Shown here piece by piece: positions 1-9,025 of a DNA stretch of 44,303 nt. Source of the DNA: an uncultured Dehalococcoidales bacterium (GTDB lineage Bacteria > Chloroflexota > Dehalococcoidia > GIF9 > AB-539-J10). The stretch lies in assembly GCA_964474965.1 (NCBI GenBank), contig CAYYUO010000002.1, forward strand, positions 1 through 44,303, in the 5' to 3' direction. Made by a program: the position numbers and the translations under genes. Every line of letters starts with the position of its first letter. The stretch's first letter is position 1. The notes below the pieces were generated by a model. That model did not search any database. It was not told the DNA's origin and was given only the letters and a program-made list of their open reading frames with translations.

Positions 1-1
1 C

Positions 2-787
2 CGGCATGAAGCGATGCCCTTCCACATTTTTGAGTATGCCACCCTCTCCCCTGACTGCTTCAGAGATGAGGAAGGGGGCTACTCCGGGCAAGCGAAGAAC
101 AGTGGGATGAAACTGGAAAAATTCTATATCGCTTATTTCGGCACCGGCTTCAAAAGCCAGAGCTATCCCGTCGCCAGTAACCACATCGGAGTTAGTGGTA
201 TATTTAAACAACTTCCCGGCACCACCAGTAGCCAGGATGAGAAACTGGCAGCCATACTCTTCCGCAGAGCCAGTTCGGCAATCAAGAGACCTTACACCAG
301 TTACCTTTCCGTTCTGGACTAAAATTTCGCTAGCCAGGCAATTTTCCAGGATTTTGGTGGGAGTGGAGCGCACACGGCGACTTAAGGTAACCTCGATATG
401 CTCCCCGGTGGCATCTCCGCCGGCATGCATAATGCGCGGCACGCTATGAGCTGCCTCTCTGGTCAGGGTAATTTCGCCGTCCAAAGTGTCGAAGGGCACT
501 CCGGATTTGATTAAATCAGCAATGCAATCGGCAGCCTCATCGGTCAAAATACGCACTGCGTCGGCATCACACAGGCCATCCCCAGCAGCCATAGTGTCTT
601 TGAAGTGGAGTTCGGGAGAATCATCCTTGCTCATGGCAACAGCAATGCCGCCTTGAGCATATTTGGTGTTGCAGTCATCTATGCTCCCCTTAGTCAGGAT
701 AAGTACGCTGCCCCGTTCTATAGCAAGCAAGGCAATATAGAGCCCGGCAATGCCACTGCCAACTATAATATAGTCGTAGTGATTCAT
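2..787 (-). CDS. nadB: L-aspartate oxidase, N-terminal ~262 aa; the gene continues past the left edge
   Basis: My own minus-strand translation from the ATG at 787-785 gives MNHYDYIIVGSGIAGLYIALLA (FAD GxGxxG), then RIMHAGGDATGEHI and FFQFHPT blocks typical of NadB and fumarate-reductase flavoproteins. The frame stays open to position 2. It is absent from the ORF track because no stop lies in the window. Confidence 0.8.
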   Translation of the reverse strand, partial: MNHYDYIIVGSGIAGLYIALLAIERGSVLILTKGSIDDCNTKYAQGGIAVAMSKDDSPELHFKDTMAAGDGLCDADAVRILTDEAADCIADLIKSGVPFDTLDGEITLTREAAHSVPRIMHAGGDATGEHIEVTLSRRVRSTPTKILENCLASEILVQNGKVTGVRSLDCRTGSAEEYGCQFLILATGGAGKLFKYTTNSDVVTGDGIALAFEAGAEISDIEFFQFHPTVLRLPGVAPFLISEAVRGEGGILKNVEGHRFMP

Positions 788-917
788 TTACTTTACCTTC
801 CCTTCGTCAAGAGGGAAACACAGGTGCAGAGTCACATAAAGATTGAACAGGTTTCAAAAACGCATCACGTTCCCAACTTGTCTGACGGTGACTACCTGAT
901 GCTTCTGGCTCCTGATG

Positions 918-1202
918 TCAGAATACTCCCCCACCACTTTCCTCAACTTCTTGTTTGCCAAGTATGCTGCCTCTAGCAACTTTCATTGTTGCTCCCGACT
1001 CTATCCTCAGAATTGCAGTATCTTCACCCAGACTTTCAATTTGTCCATAAATCCCGCCAGCTATAATCACCTTTTCTCCCACTCTCAGTTCCTTCATCAT
1101 TTCTTCGTGTTCCTTTTGTTGCTTCTGCCTCGGTCTGATCATCAAGAAATACATGATGGCAAAAATTGCTACCAAAAAGATAATCATTCCCCATGTTTCC
1201 AT
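918..1202 (-). CDS. yajC: preprotein translocase subunit YajC
   Basis: 94 aa with one N-terminal TM helix followed by RPRQKQQKEHEEMMKELRVGEKVIIAGGIYG, the canonical YajC core. Confidence 0.85.
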   Translation of the reverse strand: METWGMIIFLVAIFAIMYFLMIRPRQKQQKEHEEMMKELRVGEKVIIAGGIYGQIESLGEDTAILRIESGATMKVARGSILGKQEVEESGGGVF

Positions 1203-1223
1203 CGTGTACCCTCCTTTAATTAA

Positions 1224-2537
1224 TTATTTTTTAACCTCGCCTCTCAGCGACCAGGGACTTGTTTTCTCGATCTGGATTCTTGCCAATTGGCCCAGCCAGT
1301 CGCCAGTATTTTCGAAGAATACCAGCTTATTGCTCCGGGTGCGCCCAAACCATTTCTCCTTCTTCTTGCCTTCTACCAGCACTTCCACCTCCCTGCCTTG
1401 AAGTTGCGAGTTAAGCTCGCTGGCTATAGCCTCTTGTAACTCTTCAATCTTATGGAGCCTTTCCCTCTTCACCTCCGGAGGAATATTATCCTGATATTCC
1501 TGCCAGGCAATTGTGCCAGGGCGAGGAGAGTAAGCCGCCACATGAACGACATCAAACCTCATTTCCTTGAGCAAAGACAAGCTGTGCTCAAATTGCCCCT
1601 CCGTTTCTCCGGGAAAGCCAACGATTATATCTGTGCTCAGAGATATTCGAGGGATCTTACGGCGAATGGTATGGGCAAGTTCTCTATATTTTTCCACAGT
1701 ATATCCTCGCCTCATAGCCCTCAGTATATCATCATCACCAGCTTGAACAGGCAGCTCCAGATGCTCACAAACTTTGTTCAGAGAAGCTATAGTGTCAATG
1801 AGCTTCAGGCTTATATCCTTGGGATGATTTGTCAGAAAGCGAATCCTGACAAGGTCATCTATGCTATTTAATTCGTTCAGCAAATCAGCAAGGTCGGGAT
1901 GCCCGGGCAAATCGTGTCCGTAAGAATCAACATTCTGCCCCAGCAAAGTTACCTCTTTTATGCCTCGTCCTACTAGCTCCTCCACTTCGCAGACTATTTC
2001 CTCCAGAGGGCGGCTCACCTCCCTTCCCCTCCGGTAGGGAACAATGCAATATGAGCAAAAATTATCACAGCCCTGGATGATGGGGATAAAAGCACATGGC
2101 GAAGGAGCCCTGCGATTGTCATTGCTATAAGCCGGAGCCCTGAGCGAAGCGAAGGGGTAGCAAAGTAATCTCTGCTCAATAGGTATGCCTTGCTTTTGCT
2201 CCCAGGCAATTAGCTCCCGGTAATCACCGGGCTTAAATAGTAGGTCAACATGAGGAAATCGTCTCTCCAATTCCTGGGTGTCGGAATCGACAAAACATCC
2301 GGTAACAAGTATCTGGAGATTGGGATTTTTATTTTTTAGGCCTTTCAATAAACCCAGGGTGCCTAAAACCTTATTCTCAGCGCTCTGTCTTACCACGCAT
2401 GTATTGAGAATCACTAAATCGGCATTGAAGAAAGAAGTCGCTGCCTGACAGCCAGCGGAATCTAGGTAGTCAGCTATTTGCCGGGATTCTGCCTTGTTCA
2501 TCTGGCAGCCTATGGTCCAGATAAAATAGCGCGGCAT
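1224..2537 (-). CDS. miaB: tRNA (N6-isopentenyl-A37) methylthiotransferase, radical SAM
   Basis: It has the N-terminal YFIWTIGCQMN block, the radical-SAM motif CDNFCSYC, and a C-terminal TRAM-like end. I prefer the ATG at 2537 (MPRYFIW, with AAGGAAGG upstream). The track ORF extends to a TTG at 2621, and an ATG at 2606 is also possible. Confidence 0.9.
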   Translation of the reverse strand: MPRYFIWTIGCQMNKAESRQIADYLDSAGCQAATSFFNADLVILNTCVVRQSAENKVLGTLGLLKGLKNKNPNLQILVTGCFVDSDTQELERRFPHVDLLFKPGDYRELIAWEQKQGIPIEQRLLCYPFASLRAPAYSNDNRRAPSPCAFIPIIQGCDNFCSYCIVPYRRGREVSRPLEEIVCEVEELVGRGIKEVTLLGQNVDSYGHDLPGHPDLADLLNELNSIDDLVRIRFLTNHPKDISLKLIDTIASLNKVCEHLELPVQAGDDDILRAMRRGYTVEKYRELAHTIRRKIPRISLSTDIIVGFPGETEGQFEHSLSLLKEMRFDVVHVAAYSPRPGTIAWQEYQDNIPPEVKRERLHKIEELQEAIASELNSQLQGREVEVLVEGKKKEKWFGRTRSNKLVFFENTGDWLGQLARIQIEKTSPWSLRGEVKK

Positions 2538-2857
2538 AACGCTATTGCCTTCCTTCCTATTTTGGTTGCAAGGCTCGATTTTGGTTTCTTGTTCAACTTT
2601 TGGCATTTCGGTTTCCACCAATTATAATTGAAAATACCTGATTTAGGAAAACCAGAGCCTTTTCCAATATGAGCTGGGCTTGGGGAGTATTGATTTCTAA
2701 CACAAGGTGAGCCTGAGATATTAAGGTAACTCGTTTATGGTCAGGACATATAACTAATTAGGGACGACAGACAATTACATTTGAAACTACTAAATTTCTA
2801 AAGCTGAATTTTAAACACCCCCTGGTTTAGCCAAGAATTTAGCTTGCCGAGTAACTT

Positions 2858-4216
2858 CTAAATTATCCCCTTCTGTTTAAGCTCCTTTAGCTTGGACGGT
2901 CCCCACCCTAGATACTTGAGATAGATATGCTCATTATCATAGCCAACCGGCCGGCATACCCACTTCGTTCTTATTGGATTTTCTGTCATCTTATGTTGTG
3001 CCTGAGCTACGATAAGCTCTCCATAGACAGGATCTTGAACTGGGGTGAACATGCCTCTATCCAACCAGTTGGCATCTTTCATGGCCTCCTCCGGGGAACA
3101 CACTGGGGCCACCACTGGAGTAACAGGCGCCAGGCGCCCTTTCTTGCCATATTCGATGGACATACTTACAAGTTCTTCGTTGGTATACTTCTGCGTCTCC
3201 TCAAACATCAAAGGTGCCCATTTCAATTGCTCCTCTTTCTGTGTAAAAGGTGAAATGCTGATCCAGCTGGCGGCACCCCATTCATCCCATTTTCCCAGCA
3301 TGTCAGCAAAGGCTTGCCACATCTCCAACCTCAAGCCACCCAGGAAAACGGCGCCATCCTTGGTTGGTGCGAAGCAATATAGCCAGCCGGCAAGGTCCAG
3401 GCTGCCAAAGCGCTCACTAACAACACCAGCTCCCTGATACCATAGCGCTGCATAATCATCAAAACGGGCGTAAGCCTCAGCACTAGCTACATCTAAAGCT
3501 TGCCCCTCTCCAGTTATTCCTCTCCAATATAAAGCAGCCAGAATACCGACCGCCATGAATGTTCCTGCTGCAGACCAAGCTATCCAAGGGCCGGCCTTGG
3601 TAGGAACCGCCCAAGGACATTCATCATAGCTCTTTCCCTCAGGCAGCATTTCTCCCGTAGCCGACTGTATTCCTGACCTGGCCTGAGCCATGTTATCGTA
3701 GTCTGGCATTCGACTCTGGCTCATAGCTCCAAATTGCCCATAACCTGTTATGGAAGCAAATATCAGCCTTGGGTTGATCTCCTTCAGTTGTTCATAACCA
3801 ATACCCCAGTCATCCATAGTACCTGGTCGATATGTCTCTATGAGCACATCGGCATGCGTCACTAGTCCTTTGAATATCTCCCTACCCTCGGGTTTATTAA
3901 GATCGAGGGTTATATGAAATTTGTTCCTGCCCTCGGTCAAATAGTTAAGCCCCTCGCCCTTATACAGTATGCCATATGGTGTGCAGGTTCTGAGGAAATC
4001 GCCTCGAGGGGGTTCTATTCTCAGAACTTCGGCCCCAAACTCGGCTAAAAGTGAAGAACAGAGACAGCCGGCGAAACTCTTGGAGCTTAAGTCCAACACG
4101 GTTATATCATCCAAAGCATCCGGCTTTGTATGAGCAATTCGGGGGTCGTCTCTTTCCCTTACCCAGTCTGACCAACTCTGCTGTTTTGTCTTGGATGTTC
4201 TTGCTGCCTTTTTCAT
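2858..4216 (-). CDS. family III (CaiB/BaiF-type) CoA-transferase, paralog A
   Basis: 452 aa. The N-terminal LDDITVLDLSS...GAEVLRIEPP block and the DYDNMAQARSG block, which contains the catalytic-type Asp, are typical of family III CoA-transferases. Confidence 0.85.
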   Translation of the reverse strand: MKKAARTSKTKQQSWSDWVRERDDPRIAHTKPDALDDITVLDLSSKSFAGCLCSSLLAEFGAEVLRIEPPRGDFLRTCTPYGILYKGEGLNYLTEGRNKFHITLDLNKPEGREIFKGLVTHADVLIETYRPGTMDDWGIGYEQLKEINPRLIFASITGYGQFGAMSQSRMPDYDNMAQARSGIQSATGEMLPEGKSYDECPWAVPTKAGPWIAWSAAGTFMAVGILAALYWRGITGEGQALDVASAEAYARFDDYAALWYQGAGVVSERFGSLDLAGWLYCFAPTKDGAVFLGGLRLEMWQAFADMLGKWDEWGAASWISISPFTQKEEQLKWAPLMFEETQKYTNEELVSMSIEYGKKGRLAPVTPVVAPVCSPEEAMKDANWLDRGMFTPVQDPVYGELIVAQAQHKMTENPIRTKWVCRPVGYDNEHIYLKYLGWGPSKLKELKQKGII

Positions 4217-4236
4217 TGTTGTTAGCGAAATAAAGC

Positions 4237-5571
4237 TCAGTCCTCAGCCGTAATTACTCCAGCCTTGCCGTCCCACTCAGGTGGCGGTCGGCAGCCCTGC
4301 ATATCCGCCCATTTGCCCAGGGCGCCGCACCGATACAACTCCTCGATTTCGTCTTCACTCTTGCCCAGAATGCGCTTCATTATGTATTCGTTGTCAAAGC
4401 CGACTGCTCTCAGAGACCGCTTGACTTTGGGAGTGCTCTTGGACATCGTCACGGGAAATTCATATTCGGTAAAAGGACCAACAAAAGGATCGTCGATGTC
4501 AATTATGAAGCCCCGCTCCCGGAAATGAGCATCCTCCACGACATCCTTGTTACTATAGACGCGCGATGCAGCGAATCCATATTGCTCAGCCAGTTCCTCG
4601 ACCTCATCAGGTTTCTTGGTTCTGACCCAAGTAGCAATAATCTTGAGGATGGCAGCTGCGTTTTCTTCCTCTAGCCGAGTCAAGTGGTCTTTAAATCTGG
4701 GGTCTTCAGCCAGTTCTGGTTTGCCCATAGCGGTACACAGTCCCTTAAACTCCTCTGGAGCCGGTGCTGCAATAGCCAGGAAAGTATCATCAGTGCAGCG
4801 GAATGTATCGGCAGGACATATGGATACGTCCCTGTTTCCTGCGGGCATAGCTCCTGTGCCGGTAATTTGTTGGTAAGGCCACACCCACGACATCGCGCGC
4901 ATGATATTCTCACTTTGTGAGAGTTCGATGTATTGTCCTTTGCCTGTCCTGCTTCGATGATGAAGGGCTGCTAGCACTGCCACTTCCCCCATTAAAGCAC
5001 CAAAAGTGTCACAGACGTACAATCTACTCTTTAGAGGTGGCTGGCCGAGAAAACTCGACATCCAGGCATAGCCAGAAAGTGCTTGGGCAGCACCATCGTT
5101 GGAGGGCCTGTTCTCCTCAGCATATTGCCCCCATTGACCAAAGCCCGTCTTTGCGATATAAATAATATTTGGCTTAATCTCCTTGAGTTGCCGGTAACCT
5201 ACGCCCCATCTTTCCAGCACGCCCGGTCTAAAATTGTCCTCTACAATGTCGGATCTGGTTGCCAGGTCTCGGAAGATTTGCTGTCCTTCCTTTTTGTGCA
5301 AATCCAAGCCCAGCCAGTATTTGTCGGTATTGCTGTGCATCATGGGTGGGGACTGCCCCCTAAAAAAGTAGCCGAAGGGAGTCATTTGACGCATTGTATC
5401 TCCCTTGGGTGGTAATTCGCACTTAATAACCTCAGCGCCCATCGCCCCCAGAAAGCCTGGCCCGGCTGGGCCAAGTATGATAGTACAAATCTCAAGCACG
5501 CGTATACCCTTTAGCGGCGATGGTTTGAAATGCTTATTTTGCCGGTAGTTTTCCCACGTCTGTTGTGCCAT
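4237..5571 (-). CDS. family III (CaiB/BaiF-type) CoA-transferase, paralog B
   Basis: 444 aa with LKGIRVLEICT...GAEVIKCELPP and SNDGAAQALSG blocks. It lies 20 nt upstream of paralog A on the same strand. Confidence 0.85.
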   Translation of the reverse strand: MAQQTWENYRQNKHFKPSPLKGIRVLEICTIILGPAGPGFLGAMGAEVIKCELPPKGDTMRQMTPFGYFFRGQSPPMMHSNTDKYWLGLDLHKKEGQQIFRDLATRSDIVEDNFRPGVLERWGVGYRQLKEIKPNIIYIAKTGFGQWGQYAEENRPSNDGAAQALSGYAWMSSFLGQPPLKSRLYVCDTFGALMGEVAVLAALHHRSRTGKGQYIELSQSENIMRAMSWVWPYQQITGTGAMPAGNRDVSICPADTFRCTDDTFLAIAAPAPEEFKGLCTAMGKPELAEDPRFKDHLTRLEEENAAAILKIIATWVRTKKPDEVEELAEQYGFAASRVYSNKDVVEDAHFRERGFIIDIDDPFVGPFTEYEFPVTMSKSTPKVKRSLRAVGFDNEYIMKRILGKSEDEIEELYRCGALGKWADMQGCRPPPEWDGKAGVITAED

Positions 5572-5711
5572 AAATGTCCGCTCTCCTACTTTACCTTCAC
5601 TCTGCGTCCCTGCACAGCAGAACTCAAATTACTGGAGTTGAGACTACTGTATAGAAATCTCTGTGCCTCTGCACGGCATCGCGTTCAATGTACCAAAATT
5701 GCAATCTGTAT

Positions 5712-5739
5712 ATTTTACCGCCTTGGCAGTATTTGTCAA
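5712..5739 (-). promoter_or_regulatory. candidate sigma70-type promoter for the CoA-transferase pair
   Basis: Minus strand reads TTGACA (5739-5734), a 16-nt spacer, then TAAAAT (5717-5712). It sits about 140 nt upstream of the ATG at 5571. Confidence 0.4.
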
Positions 5740-5808
5740 TAAGCCCCGTTCGGCAATGTGCTGAAATCAGCTAGGATTATTCACTCTCATTTTCGAAAGG
5801 TTTATTAG

Positions 5809-6582
5809 TTACTCGAGCCTCCAACCGAGTCTTGTGTATAACACTGTGCCGACAAGGAGAAGTGCGAAAGAAAGAGCTATAGTCAGAGCTATTTGACCGG
5901 AAGTTAAGGGATTATATGCAATCATATCTGGTCCGGCCAGTAAGTGTACGATCGATGCCTGTGCCGACGAAATGGGATAGACTCGAGCAAATGTCTGCAG
6001 TGGCACCGGCAGACCCTCGTACGGAAAGAATAGGCCTGATATGGCAGATGTTATTACTGCAATGCCGACCCCTGTCATAATTGCGCCCTGAAGGTTCTTA
6101 ATCAATGTGCCGGCCATAAGCCCCACTCCAGCAGAGGCACAGATTACCAGAAAGACGAAGCCAATCGCCTGTAGAATCTCGACTCCAGCTCCTGTGAAAC
6201 GTGCGCCGACTGCGGTACCAATTACTATAACCAGAGCTGCTGCCAGTAAAGAAAGGGTAATAACAGCAGAGATTCTACCAATGAAATCCTTGTAAGGTTT
6301 TATGGGCATTGATATGAGTTTGGAAAGTAAACCGTTCGCTCTATCGCCGGCGATACTGGCGGGAAGGTTGGACATGCCGGCTATCATCAGCGCAAAAACC
6401 ATCATTGAAATGGCAATAGAACCCTTGATATAGGGAACCACTTGTTGAGGGGCGCTACCTGTAAATGAGAAGCTTCCAATGAGTACCCAGATTATCGGCC
6501 AGGCTATGGTCCAAAACAGTGCCGCCTTCTCCCTGAGCAGCTCCTTGACTGCCTTGTTATAGGCTGCAGATATCTGCCTCAA
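5809..6582 (-). CDS. ABC-2 type transporter permease
   Basis: 257 aa with about six hydrophobic helices. It uses a TTG start immediately after the stop of the ATPase gene. Confidence 0.8.
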   Translation of the reverse strand: MRQISAAYNKAVKELLREKAALFWTIAWPIIWVLIGSFSFTGSAPQQVVPYIKGSIAISMMVFALMIAGMSNLPASIAGDRANGLLSKLISMPIKPYKDFIGRISAVITLSLLAAALVIVIGTAVGARFTGAGVEILQAIGFVFLVICASAGVGLMAGTLIKNLQGAIMTGVGIAVITSAISGLFFPYEGLPVPLQTFARVYPISSAQASIVHLLAGPDMIAYNPLTSGQIALTIALSFALLLVGTVLYTRLGWRLE

Positions 6583-7512
6583 TTATCCGGTTGCCTCCTG
6601 TAAGTTCCTTTCGGTCAGTCTGAAGAAGACGTCTTCGAGGGTGGGCCTCGCCATTTCGATACGCATCACCTTATGCCCGGCTTGGTCAAGGCTTCTTACC
6701 ACATCGGCCAGTACCCTGTCGCCATTGCTTGAGTAAATCTTGTAGCCGGTCTCCGATTCCGCCACCCTCCCGTCGATGCTGAAGCCCTTCAATACTGAAA
6801 GCACGCTATCGTTCTTCACAGCCGTCTCCACGGTTATCACATCCTCGACGGCATGTTTCCTCTTGAGCTCATCAGGTGTACCTTCAGCTATCATTTTGCC
6901 ATTGTCAATTAAACCCACTCTTGAGGCTAGCTCGGCGTCGCTACCAATATGAGTAATCAGGATAATACTGGTTTTCTTATCCATAATTTCTTGAATCATA
7001 CTGAAAAAGGCTCTTCTGGCAGCAGGGTCGAGTCCAGTCGTCGGTTCATCCAGGATAAGGACCTTTATACCAGGGAAAATCGCTGTGGCAACTTCTAATT
7101 TCTTTCTCATCCCGCCAGAGTACTTGTCCACTCTCTTATCTGCTTCTTCAGAAAGCCCGATATTTTTTAGCATTTCAGCCACCAGCTGATTTGCCTGGCT
7201 CCGGGAGTATCCCAAGAGATTAGCGAAATACACCAGGTTTTCTTTTCCTGAAAGCTTGGGCGAGGAGAAATTCTCCTGGGGTACATAGCCTATGAATTCC
7301 TTAGCCTGTGCCGGCTTATTTCCATAGACTTCAACAATACCGCTATCTTGCGTTTTCACCGCAGCAATTATTGAAGCAAGTGTAGTCTTGCCAGAACCAT
7401 TTGGCCCCATCAGAGCATAGAACTCGCCTTCTGGCACATCAAGGTTAACTCCATCAAGCACACGTCGGCTATCATATTTCTTGACTAGATTCTCTACGTG
7501 TATTGCAAGCAC
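6583..7512 (-). CDS. ABC transporter ATP-binding protein (DrrA/ABC-2 subfamily)
   Basis: Walker A GPNGSGKTT, signature YSGGMRKKL and Walker B LILDEPTTGLD are present. A C-terminal extension is typical of ABC-2 ATPases. Confidence 0.9.
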   Translation of the reverse strand: MLAIHVENLVKKYDSRRVLDGVNLDVPEGEFYALMGPNGSGKTTLASIIAAVKTQDSGIVEVYGNKPAQAKEFIGYVPQENFSSPKLSGKENLVYFANLLGYSRSQANQLVAEMLKNIGLSEEADKRVDKYSGGMRKKLEVATAIFPGIKVLILDEPTTGLDPAARRAFFSMIQEIMDKKTSIILITHIGSDAELASRVGLIDNGKMIAEGTPDELKRKHAVEDVITVETAVKNDSVLSVLKGFSIDGRVAESETGYKIYSSNGDRVLADVVRSLDQAGHKVMRIEMARPTLEDVFFRLTERNLQEATG

Positions 7513-7688
7513 TTAGAAATGCCTCGATTCTGTAATCGAATTCGGTGGAATGTTCATGGAATCTTCACTGACACAGCTAAGAAGTATTATACCCTATGAG
7601 TCGACTTATTTATATAGACTCTATTTGATTCAAAGATATCATTTTCCACGACGGTGCCTTTAGGTTCACAACCTCGCCCATAATAACT

Positions 7689-8813
7689 TCAAGCAAAAAG
7701 CTCTTTTACCATCCTGCCCACGTATCTGGCAATGGCAAGGGAGGCGGTGAGCCCTGGTGATTCTATCCCGATTAGGTTTATTAAGCCCGGAAAGCCGGTC
7801 TTCTCCTCGTGGGCAATGACAAAATCCTGGAAGGCCTCGCCTGGCCCTTGCAGCTTAGGCCTTATGCCAGCAAATTCGGGGTCTAAATCTTCAAGTTCGA
7901 TATGGGGAAGAAATCTTTGGACCGAGTTATAAAAGGCTTCCCTCTGGGTCTCATCGACCCCATAATCTATTGCTTCAACATAGCGGGCGTTGGGGCCAAG
8001 CCGCACTCTACCATCGAGCCCCACGGTCACATGAATTCCATGTCCAGCTTGCTCTGGGGTGGGGTAGATGAGCCTGTTTACAACATTTCTATATTTTGAA
8101 CTTAGACTAAAATATTCGCCTTTACAGTAATGGAGCTTGTAACCTGCTTTAGCTACGTCTATCCCAGCAAGCTGGGCTATCCTGTCAGAGTTTAAGCCAG
8201 CAGCGTTTATCACAACTCGGCTGATAAAGGCAGAGATTCCTTCCCGATCCCTTATTTCGACTCTGTACTTTGCCCTCATCCTCTCTATTCCTACTACCTC
8301 AGTACCAAACACAAACTCAGCTCCTTTTTCCCTCGCCTGGCTGTAAAGAAACTTAAGCAGGTTGTAGGAATCCAAAATTCCGCTGGAAAGGGATAATAAC
8401 CCGGCTCTAGCTTCAACATTTGGCTCGAGCTTTTTGAGTTCTGTTCGGGAAAGAAGCATCAAATCTTCGACGCCATTTCTTCTTCCTTGCTCGTAAAGTT
8501 TCTCAAGCTGGGTAGTCTCATTTTCGCTTGTCGCCACAATAATCTTCCCTAGCTTTTTATAGGCGATATCATGACTGTCACAAAGCTCGTAAAGCAAGCT
8601 TTTCCCTTCGACACAAAGCCTTGTCTTTAAGGAATCCTCGGGATAGTAGATGCCGGCGTGAATGACTTCACTATTTCTACTGCTGGTCTCAAGCCCGAAA
8701 CTATGGTTTTTCTCAAAGACGAACACTTCTTTTTTTCGTTGCGCGATTTCACCAGCCGTAGCTAGGCCGATTACTCCGGCACCGATGATTGCTACATCAA
8801 TTTCAGCAAGCAT
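7689..8813 (-). CDS. FAD-dependent oxidoreductase, L-2-hydroxyglutarate oxidase (LhgO/YgaF)-like
   Basis: N-terminal DVAIIGAGVIGLA, then SSRNSEVIHAGIYYPEDSLK and CKGEYF...LIYPTP...GPNA blocks, which parallel E. coli LhgO as I recall it. Confidence 0.7.
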   Translation of the reverse strand: MLAEIDVAIIGAGVIGLATAGEIAQRKKEVFVFEKNHSFGLETSSRNSEVIHAGIYYPEDSLKTRLCVEGKSLLYELCDSHDIAYKKLGKIIVATSENETTQLEKLYEQGRRNGVEDLMLLSRTELKKLEPNVEARAGLLSLSSGILDSYNLLKFLYSQAREKGAEFVFGTEVVGIERMRAKYRVEIRDREGISAFISRVVINAAGLNSDRIAQLAGIDVAKAGYKLHYCKGEYFSLSSKYRNVVNRLIYPTPEQAGHGIHVTVGLDGRVRLGPNARYVEAIDYGVDETQREAFYNSVQRFLPHIELEDLDPEFAGIRPKLQGPGEAFQDFVIAHEEKTGFPGLINLIGIESPGLTASLAIARYVGRMVKELFA

Positions 8814-9025
8814 TTTTAGCCAGCCTTGGGTCTAGTCTATTTTGACGAAAGCCGATGTCTTCCGGTGGTATAGAGATGCTTAGTACCAGAGTTTCACCCT
8901 CGGTTCGGAGACTGTGGAGGATGTCTAGTGCACTCTTCAGGATTTAGTGAGGCTCGAGTACTACTGATTTACCATCCATTGTAGCTCTGCCAGTCCCTTC
9001 TAAGATGAACAGGTATCCCCTCTCT

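Noticed and set aside
14-976. Plus-strand track ORFs 14-322, 195-449 and 605-976.
   Set aside because: They lie antisense to a continuous minus-strand frame that translates to a clear NadB N-terminal half. Their own translations show no recognisable motifs.
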